Below are positions 54,172-64,000 of a stretch of DNA of 64,000 nucleotides, in pieces. The stretch is from Octopus sinensis. Its lineage: Eukaryota. The notes beneath the pieces were generated by a model. It searched no databases, was not told where the DNA came from, and saw nothing but the letters and a program-made list of their open reading frames with translations. The stretch spans positions 57,536,001 through 57,600,000 of the forward strand of contig NC_043005.1 of assembly GCF_006345805.1 (NCBI RefSeq), written 5' to 3'. The position numbers were made by a program, and so were the translations under genes. Within the stretch, counting starts at the first letter, position 1, and each line of letters opens with the position of its first letter.

Positions 54172-55264
54172 GCTAGGTCACTGTCTTGTACACATCATCA
54201 TCATCATCATCATCATCATCGTTTAGCGTCCGCTTTCCATGCTAGCATGGGTTGGACGGTTCAACTGGGGTCTGGGAAGCCAGAAGGCTGCACCAGGCCC
54301 AGTTTGATCTGGCAATGTTTCTACGGCTGGATGCCCTTCCTAACGCCAACCACTCCATGAGTGTAGCGAATGCTTTTTACGTGCCAGACAATGAATATTA
54401 ATACTGTTAATGACAACTATGCATGTTATTCTTAAATATCAGAATGAGTTGGCAAACTCTTGTTACTTACGTCGGTTACGATGATGATCAAGGCACATAT
54501 TCTATAAATTGTATATCTGGGATTCTTTCAACATCGTCTTCCAAAGCTATTAATACCTGGGAGCTCTTTGATCCTCACAGACATACTGCGGCCTTGGGGT
54601 CTACTTTTCCATCCACCTTTAACATGCATGCAGCAGTAAATATTTTCAGCTCTAGTCTTTGCTGAAAATCTATCAGGTAGAGCTGACTATCATCAATATC
54701 CGTTATGTGAACGGTACACTATAAATATTAGTTTAAACTTTTGGCACAAATCCAGAATTTTCAGTGAGGGGTCAGTCGATTATATTGATTCTAGTGCTCA
54801 ACTAATACATTTTTTATCGACCCCAGAAGGATGGAAGACAAAGTCGATTTCAACGGCATTTGAACTCAGAATGTAAAGACATACGAAATGCTGCTAAACA
54901 CTTTTCCTGGCGTGCTAACGATTCTGCTAGGTCACCGCCTTGAATATAAATGAATATTAATACTGTTAATGATGACAGTGAAAAGATGGGTCTTGGTCTT
55001 AAAAGTTAAAGACAGAGACAAAGTTAATCTCAAAAAAAAAAATCTTCCTAGACACAATAAAATTTGTTGCAACACACGAATTCACATAAAGAATCTTGCA
55101 AACCAGATACATAAACGAAGTAAAAAATAACGGAATAAAATTGAAACATATCCATCAGAAAGTCAACAGCAAAAGGAGAAAACAAGTTTAGTTCATTGGA
55201 TGACGTGTGAGAATGAGCCATGTCTCATTGCGGACCGCTTCCCGTAAAAGGTTACTAATGTTTT

Positions 55265-55615
55265 CTCTGTAGGTATGGCACATAAAGAGAGTAACTGGCA
55301 CTCCGTCGGTTACGACGGTGAGGATTCCAGTTGATCCGATCAAGAGGACAGCCTGCTCGTGAAATTAACGTGCAAGTGGCTGAGTACTCCACAGACACGT
55401 GTACTCTTAACGTAGTGCTCATGGCAGATTCAGCGTGACAGCGACAAGGCTGGTGTTATGAAATACAGATACAACTCGTTTTTGCCAGCAGAGTGGACTA
55501 GAACAACGTGGAATAAAATATCTTCCTCAAGGACAACAACGTGCCGCCAGGAATCGAACTTTCGAACTTACGATCGTGAGCCAATTACTCTGACCGCTAA
55601 GCCACGCGCCTTCAC
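55265..55615 (-). mobile_element. tRNA-derived SINE (C-like head, longer body)
   Basis: Head GTGAAGGCGCGTGGCTTAGCGG..GTTCGATTCCTGG on the - strand. Confidence 0.8.
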
Positions 55616-55829
55616 TAAAGGAAAATGCGTGACTGTGTGACTCAACTCACATTCGTTGAAGAAACTTAGGAAACACTCGTATCAGTCAGTTAAATTCAAA
55701 TAACTCCAGGACTTGGACTAGTTTTCCTATTTTATCGACCCCAGGATGATAAAAGGTAAAGTTGACCTCAGCGGAATTTGAATTCAAAAACAATAGAGCC
55801 GTAAATTGATACTGCAAAAGTTCTAACAA

Positions 55830-56062
55830 TTCCTATTTCTTTATTGCCCACAAGGGGCTAAACATAGAGGGGACAAACAAGGACAGACATAGGTATTAAG
55901 TCGATTACATCGACCCCAGTGCGTAACTGGTACTTAATTTATCGACCCCGAAAGGATGAAAGGCAAAGTCGACCTCGGCGGAATTTGAACTCAGAACATA
56001 ACGACAGGCGAAATACCGCTAAGCATTTCGCCCGACATCCTAACGATTCTGCCAGCTCGCCT
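55830..56062 (-). mobile_element. Family B SINE
   Basis: Consensus match to the other B copies. Confidence 0.88.
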
Positions 56063-56404
56063 CCGCCAATCCCTTCGTCTCGATAACAAAAGTAAGATAA
56101 TAAACATCCTACGTACGAAGAGGTACAGTTGAAGAAAAACAAATAAACGGGATAATACTAATAAACAATCTTTTGATTTATCTTGTTTGTTGTTTTTGTT
56201 GACGTGGGAATGAGAGGGTGATGAGGTGGTGGTGGTGGTGGTGGTGGTGGGGTGGAGGGTGTATTTATTGCCCAGCCTTTCTACGCGTTTGTGTTTTTCA
56301 AAAGCTAAATCGAAATATCAAATGACATTTATAACGTTTCAAACTGACCTTCGTATGATTTATTAGCAGACACACAGACACATTATTACTATTATTACTA
56401 TTAC

Positions 56405-56446
<42 letters not shown>

Positions 56447-56447
56447 C

Positions 56448-56484
<37 letters not shown>

Positions 56485-56485
56485 C

Positions 56486-56518
<33 letters not shown>

Positions 56519-56762
56519 CATTACTATTACTATTATTATTATTATTGTCATTTACTTTTAATCTGCATGTTTGATGCAATCACTTGCCGGGACACACCCA
56601 GTGCCCTTGGGCAAGTGAAGGTTAAGAGTTGTTGAAATATAGCTGAAAGCTTGGGGAGGGGAAGTAGAGAAATATCTCCATGTAATACAAACACAAGCAT
56701 TTACATTGATAGGGTTTTATTATTATTATTATAACTATTACTATCATTATTATTATTTTTAC

Positions 56763-56799
<37 letters not shown>

Positions 56800-56853
56800 T
56801 TTACTATTATTATTATCATTATTATTATCATTATCATTATTATTATCATTATT

Positions 56854-56921
<68 letters not shown>

Positions 56922-56958
56922 CATTATCATCATCATTATTATTATTATTATTATTATT

Positions 56959-57512
56959 GAGTGAGAGAGCAGTTCATGCCATCAAAGTGACACTGGGGTA
57001 AAATATACGAAGCCCAATATACCCATCATGACTACCCGTCTGATAAAGGTACACCAGGCACATGCATCACAACCGTATGTGCGCGACATGGTGATCTCAT
57101 ATCAAGATAAACAGCACATGACCTTGCAGGTGGGGCCCAGTTAGAATTTTCTTCAGGTTGAGTAGCCCATCCCGCTCAAACGGTCCCTGAATAAGGGTTG
57201 TTTAAGGATGTTGAAAGAACCACCCATGTTTCCAGAGGTGAACTATTCAAACCCCAAAGAATCCCTCTCAACACATGGCTATGATGCTCCCCCACTACTT
57301 CTGCTCGTGATCAGAGATGCACATATCGTCAGCCACTAAGGGACATGCTCAACTGGTTAAGGTCAAACAACTGACAAGCAAATCTGTGGTATTGAGCAGA
57401 ATATTTGCTGTAGCCCATCTTTTATACCAAGACAAAACAATGTACATGATAACACTTCCAATCAGTTAAGATCAGAAGCCATGAGAGCCACTGCCTGGTA
57501 CTGCATCAGGGC

Positions 57513-57514
<2 letters not shown>
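56959..57514. mobile_element. About 555-bp non-coding element embedded in an (ATT)n tract
   Basis: Balanced-GC sequence with (ATT)n directly at both ends; class unknown. Confidence 0.55.
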
Positions 57515-57562
<48 letters not shown>

Positions 57563-57936
57563 GTGTGCACCTGCGCCCGCGCTCGAATACTCGCGCGCCT
57601 ACGCACTGACAGCGAAGACTCGATCCACTTATCATTTGCCAGATAATATGCTACCCAGTTAAACTATTTATTTAACAGTATTTATTTAATACACCAGTTA
57701 GCTCTATTAAGGGTGTGAGAGAGAAAGCGCTCAATTATCTCATTGGGTAAGCTAGTGTGGTGGTGTTCATTTATATCCAAGCATTGTGCCACAGTGTAAT
57801 GGTCATACAAGTTATTGGTAATTCATTGACGAACAAAACACACACACACATACACTCCCGCACTCCCACCCACACACAAAGTATCAGACTGCAAAAAAAT
57901 AAGCATACATGAATACACACACACACACACACACGC

Positions 57937-57967
<31 letters not shown>

Positions 57968-58057
57968 ATAATAATAAATATTAGGGAATAAATCCAAATT
58001 TACAGGGAAAAATCAGATTTAGGATTGAATCCAATTTTATAGTGGTTTTGTCTCTAA

Positions 58058-58098
<41 letters not shown>

Positions 58099-59019
58099 TA
58101 GTGAATGGAAGAAATGGGCTTAAAGGGGGCATAACTCCCCTCAAGAAAATTCATAAATTTCCGATGTTGATGAAGTTTCAACCATAGGTAATTAACACAA
58201 ATCAAGAAGCATTCACAAAGTTTCCGCATCTCATGGGTCCCAATTCCCAATTTAAAAAATTTTTTTATGATCCTAAACAAGGTAAAAATACTGAATGGAT
58301 CTTTATGAAATTTGGAAATTATATTCTATGCATAAGGGCAGATGTAATGCAGTGTATGTTTGAAAGTGAGGGGGCATAAATGAGGCCATAACCCCCGTAA
58401 AAATCCATATAATTTTGCTGTCGATGAAATTTTAACCATAGATATTAGACACAAATGAAGTAATATTCCTAAAATTTCAACTTTTTAGGAGGTTAGTAAG
58501 ACCCCTTAATGGGGGATTAACCCCCACAGTTTAATCCTTTTCCCTAAGCCAAGACGAATACAACTGTCGCCTTGGAAGCTGTAAAGTCACCTGAGGATAT
58601 AAGATGAGCGTTATTTGTAATTCAATGGTACAACAGTGTAAGAGTTGCTTTGAGATGTACTTCGATTGTGATTTCTGGAATGTGGTGCATAAATTGTCAA
58701 GTGACGGAGGAACATCTTTGCCTCTACTGTTTCAGTTGCAAAGTGTTCTTTTGAGTAAAGTTATTTGGTTGCAGACCTCGTTTAAGTCTTTTTATTATCA
58801 CTGGGTCAGAGATAATCCCCAGATAGTAACACTGATTTTAAAGTCTTTCCAGATAAGTGATTTGTCATTCAAAGAGATTTACAGAAGTATTCAATCAAAA
58901 GTATCTAACACTTTTAATCCAATCTCTTGTCGCCACAAACTCAATTTTTTAGTGGGTAGGTAACCTAATTTTTTAATGGAATTTTTTAATGGGTGTGAGA
59001 TAATAAAAAAGTACAAATA

Positions 59020-59197
59020 TATGTGTACCGTTGGCGATTTTTTTCCCTCTGTCTTCCCTTCTCTGGATCTTTCCTTCTCCTATGTTTCCGACGAAGAGCT
59101 CCGCTCGAAACGTTAAACCCTCCTTCTTCCCCTCTTTCCTGAGCGTCCAATAATACTATATTTGTTCCACGTCCTCGCGTTGTTTGGCTTAACTTTA
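59020..59197 (+). mobile_element. Short hammerhead-like element (core CCGACGA) ending at (TA)n
   Basis: GTTT-CCGACGA-AGAGCTCCGCTC-GAAACGTT-AAAC at 59084-59118. Confidence 0.6.
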
Positions 59198-59269
59198 TAT
59201 ATATATATATTTATTGCTTGTTTCAGCTCAGAGCTGCGGCCATGCTGAAGCACCGCCGTTTTGTGCTAC

Positions 59270-59725
59270 ACTGTTATTACGAAGGAATGGAGTTTGACAT
59301 AGTTACTCTCATTTGCACCTCTTGCCGTGAGGTAGGTTCATCTAGGACTCTCGACAGGAAGATGTCCAGCTTTGATTTAAAAACTGCTACATCTACTTTG
59401 TGCAAGTTCCTCAAACTCTTTGGGAGAATATTAAAAAGCTGTGGGCCCTTGAAACCCAGGCTGTTGCAGAAGCTGGTCCTGAAGCGTGATGGCATTGCTG
59501 GGATCTTTGACACTATGCAGTGTCGTCCCGTTCTAGCATTGGTGTAGCTTACAATGCCAAAATTCCTTCCAGGACCTTCCAGACATATATTACTGCATAC
59601 CTCTCCCGTCTTCTCTCTAGGGAGTAGAGTCTTAGCTGTTTCAACCTTTCCCAGTAGCTGAGCTGTTCCAAAGAGACGATCTTCTTTGTGAATCTTCTCT
59701 GGATTGCTTCAAGGTCCGCTGTTAA
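59270..59725 (-). mobile_element. CR1-like LINE 3' remnant
   Basis: SLGFKGPQLFNILPKSLRN..VFKSKLDIFLSRVLDEP. Confidence 0.75.
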
Positions 59726-60454
59726 GTTTATATATATATATATATATACACCAAATATATATAAATACTAAATATATATATATACCATATATATATATGT
59801 TTATAAGTATAAACATATATATATAGTGGGGAGATGTATTTGTCCTCCCACCACCGTTTGACAACCGGTGTTGGATTGTTTACGTTCCTGTATACTAGCG
59901 GGTTGGTAACATAGATGAATAGAACAAATTCGGGGGTTTTGAAATAAAATTTAAAAAATGTACTGATGTCCGTTTGTTTGATAATTTGTTTTAGTATCTA
60001 GGACCGCATTTACTAGGCATGATATGCTCATGACACCAAAGATAGATAATTAATGGTAGTTACTTAGACATCACAGTAACCGAAGACGATCTGAAATGAT
60101 AATCTGTATTGATAACAGAAAAGTGGATATGAAAACAAGCCACTGGATTCAATATACGTCAACACACACACACACACACGCACACACACACACCACACAC
60201 ACTTACATACATACGTACTTACATACATGCATACATACATACATACATACATACATACATACAATAAAGGATATTAATACATTGCATGTACCACGTCTTT
60301 GCGTTCTTTTTTCTTGTCTTTTTTCATTTTTTTTTATTAATTATATACATGTCGTATTTCGGGAAGGTCGTTTTTTTTATTGCTAAATAAACACATGCAC
60401 TAGTGCAAGTCTATAGTGTGTGTGTATGTACACATATATATTTTTATATATATG

Positions 60455-60563
<109 letters not shown>

Positions 60564-60569
60564 CATATC

Positions 60570-60818
60570 TTGGGTTGGTGCATAATTATTGCGGCTTTTT
60601 TTCAACAACTTTTATTCAACAAAAACAATAACATTTAAACAAAAACATCTTTAAATGATTATTCAGGAGCATATTCACCACCTACTTCAATTACTGCTTC
60701 CCATTTGCTTGGCAGGTGGTCAGACCGTCATTTAAAGATGTTTTTGTTAAACATTGTTATTGTTTTTGTTGAATAAAATTTGTTGAAGAAAAGCCGCAAT
60801 GATTATGCACCGACCGAA
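60570..60818 (-). mobile_element. Mariner-derived MITE with about 90-bp inverted arms
   Basis: TIR TTGGGTTGGTGCATAATTATTGCGG resembles the MADE1/Hsmar1 TIR; centre encodes HLPSKWEAVIEVGGEY (mariner C-terminus) on the - strand. Confidence 0.88.
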
Positions 60819-61451
60819 TATGTGTGTGTTTGTGTGTGTGTATGTGTGTGTATACCAATATATATATATGTATATATAATATATATATATATATATACAT
60901 ATATACATACACACATACACACACACATATATATATACATACATACAAATGTATACACACATACACATATATACACACATGTACAAGTACACACATGCAT
61001 ATATACATAAGGATATATATAGGTATGTGTGTCTGTATTCAAAACTGGAATCAAACTCCTCCTGTCAAGAGTTCTGGATGGCCACATTTGGCGACAGGAA
61101 ACACAGACCAGGTTTCAAGTAGCGAAAGTGTAGCAAAGCTAATGGCGGTGCCCCAATAGGGCTGCAACTCTTGAGCTGAGACTGATAAAAGAAAAATAAT
61201 ATATGTATACATACTCACATATAATTATGATTGTGCATGTATAAATATGCGAGTGTGTAGGGTGATGTAGAGAGTGTGTGTATGTGTGTGTGTGCGTGCG
61301 TGTGCCTGTGTGTGTTTATTAAGTTATGCAGTGTTATAATACAGTGTAACAGGTCATTGCCCTTGCTCATTCTCTGGGATTAAAAACAAATACATTTGCA
61401 GCTAACAAAATATATGATATATGTACATGGACACATACACATTAATACACT

Positions 61452-61503
<52 letters not shown>

Positions 61504-61705
61504 CTTACTCACTCACTCACTCACACACACACATACACACACACGTGTGTGCATATAACAGTATATAGATATATACAGAGTGCGATGGGTATATTGTCGC
61601 CATTTCATATTTTAAATTTCGCGTGTGCGCATTGTTTGTTTTTGATTTTGTTGGTTACACAGTATAGTAGGGTTAGTTGGGCACCGCCTGTGTGAAAAAC
61701 AGCAC

Positions 61706-61965
61706 CATGACGCAATTCACTCTGCGAGAAATTTGGAAACGATATGCTGTACTGTTTGGCTTTCGAGCCGGAAGCTCCAATACGAACATTTCAGAGTGTT
61801 TGGGTGTCAATCTGATGACATGTACCGAGAATGATAAAAATCAAACATCTAATCAACATCATGGCGTTTGGAATGATCACTAGTAATGGCGAGGCAACAC
61901 TTCCATTCATCTTCCCACTCGGCTTCAGTCTCCACACGGAGGCCTAAATCAAGTGCCTGGAGTAG
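61706..61965 (+). mobile_element. Internally deleted Tc1-like fragment
   Basis: EIWKRYAVLFGFRAGSSNTNISECLGVN then IMAFGMITSNGE..PFIFP; same superfamily as 30385-31405. Confidence 0.65.
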
Positions 61966-61996
61966 GTAGTCTGCACGGGATCAAGAGGATATAGAA

Positions 61997-62362
61997 GTGG
62001 AGGCGTAATGGCCCAGTGGTTAGGGCAGCGGACTCGTGGTTGTAGGATCGCGGTTTCGATTTCCAGACCGGGCGTTGTGAGTGTTTATTGAGCGAAAACA
62101 CCTAAAGCTCCACGAGGCTCCGGCAGGGACAGGCGGCAAGCTGGCAGAAACGTTAGCACGCCGGCCGAAATGCTTTGTGGTATTTCGTCTGCGGTTACGT
62201 TCTGAGTTCAAATTCCACCGAGGTCGACTTTGCCTTTCATCCTTTCGGGGTCGATAAATTAAGTACCAGTTACCCACTGGGGTCGATGTAATCGACTTAA
62301 TCCCTTTGTCTGTCCTTGTTTGTCCCCTCTATGTTTAGCCCCCTTGTGGGCAATAAATAAAT
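61997..62362 (+). mobile_element. Composite SINE (C head fused to full B) with one 14-bp TSD
   Basis: TSD AAGAGGATATAGAA at 61983-61996 and 62363-62376. Confidence 0.85.
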
Positions 62363-62954
62363 AAGAGGATATAGAACCAAACTCGGCTTGAGCAAATATC
62401 GAATGATATAAAAGTATATAAAAAGGATATCCTTTAATACATCGCAACTCATTAGCGCTCTTAAGGAGCAATAAGAATATAGGTAAGAAAGGAGAACAAA
62501 CTTCAATGGTCAGGTCCGTTTCTCAAATTAAATCATTTCGTATCAAAGGCATATTCATATACAGTATCAATTAAAGTACATATATACAAACCATGAAAGC
62601 GTATAATACATGAATGTACCTGTATTAAGACTTTTACGAATCGATGACGAAATTAGACGGTAGGAATCCAAGGAGCAGTGGTATACGATGAATTAGGATG
62701 GATCATTAGTGAGTATATATTCTTACGATCGTTTCGAAACTTGTGGTTTGGAATAGGCGACTTTTCCACCCATAACAATTGACCATATTTCTTTCGTTAG
62801 AAGTACATTAAAAATTTAAAAGAATTCAAAATATGTAATTTCGAAACATAAAAGCGTTCTAAGACGATATTAACATTTAAAAAAAATATTTCCAAAATTA
62901 CTGATGTTGAATCCAGTAATGAACCTATAATGACTACTGGAAACAGCTGTAAGC

Positions 62955-63022
<68 letters not shown>

Positions 63023-63031
63023 TACATATAT

Positions 63032-63075
63032 ACTAGCATTAAAGACCCGTCGTTGCCGGGTCATAGTGCTAGCGC
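63032..63075 (+). mobile_element. Helentron/HINE-like terminus
   Basis: ACTAGCA..GACCCG-TCGTTGC-CGGGTC hairpin directly after (TA)n. Confidence 0.45.
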
Positions 63076-64000
63076 ATGTATATATATATGTATATATATG
63101 TGTAGATAATACATGTACATCTATATATATACATCTACACATAAAATACAAAATACAAAGTTATATCTTGATATCGCTAGTGATAACAATACTCAAAATA
63201 TATAACAGACTGGAATTGTTAGCCCGTCTCTTTTAATTTCGATCAATTGGATCTTGTCCTCCCTCTTGTATAGAAGTTTGGCTACAATCCAGCCTACCTT
63301 ACTTCGGGGGGGAGGGGGGGCATTAAAAATTTATTTTCCGGGACGTCCTACGTCCCAGATATAAAGGTAAAAATAAAATATTTCCACTTTGCACGCTTCG
63401 TTGACTCGGACCTTGCTTCTATTGTGGCGATTTTACCGCCTCTGATTAGATACCTTTCATAGTCGCACCAAGACACATTTCGAAGGTGCTTTCCTCCATA
63501 TTATTTCTTTATTACCCACCAGGGGCTACGAAGATTGGCTTACATAACAAAACATGGGGGACATAGAACAATATGATTAAATTTATGAGCAAATGAATAT
63601 TAAAATGAAAATGATAATATGAAAGCGATGCTAACGGCCCCCTCCGCCAGCATCACTTACCTGTCCTTTTGTTTTCACTGTCACCTGAATGTTCATTCCC
63701 AATACGAAGACCATCCATATCCATTCCTACTCCGAAACTGTCCTCCATATATTCCACGAATTCATCGCTCATTCTTGTATCTTTCACCTCCCAATTCTCC
63801 CTTTCACACCTCAACACAAACTCATCTATATTCTTCTTTTCCAGCACTGCATATCTGGTCCCATCCATTTCATACCATTCATACTCCTCCATTACCCTTG
63901 TAACTTCTTTCTGTTCAGTTACAATATAAATGTTCGGCCTGGGTTCGTTTTCAAACTCTTATCTCTGTCTGTATTAATATTTTTCTTTTGTTTTCTTGTT

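Noticed and set aside
58590-58960. Possible LINE RT remnant (YYLGIISD, minus strand)
   Set aside because: Too degraded to assign

Overview
AT-rich, repeat-dense eukaryotic DNA. The SINE families and microsatellite load resemble an octopus/coleoid genome (inference). No intact host gene is recognisable; most listed ORFs are translated microsatellites. The window holds many tRNA-derived SINEs, LINE remnants (CR1-like, RTE, R4/Dong-like), Tc1/mariner and hAT remnants, a Helitron fragment, fold-back MITEs and a 100-N gap. Three observations stand out. (1) A young, 5'-truncated Penelope-like element (RT + GIY-YIG, 17641-21341) has Asn-rich linkers and a type I hammerhead ribozyme (HHR) in its 3' UTR. 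(2) A non-coding tandem array of about 533-bp units (28820-29935) carries a hammerhead in each unit, as expected of a retrozyme or circRNA-producing parasite, and four small elements carry variant-core hammerhead-like motifs; all of these end in (TA)n. (3) The Penelope is part of a complex local rearrangement: a 3.2-kb copy of nearby DNA is fused to its 5' end and about 300 bp is duplicated on either side of the block.
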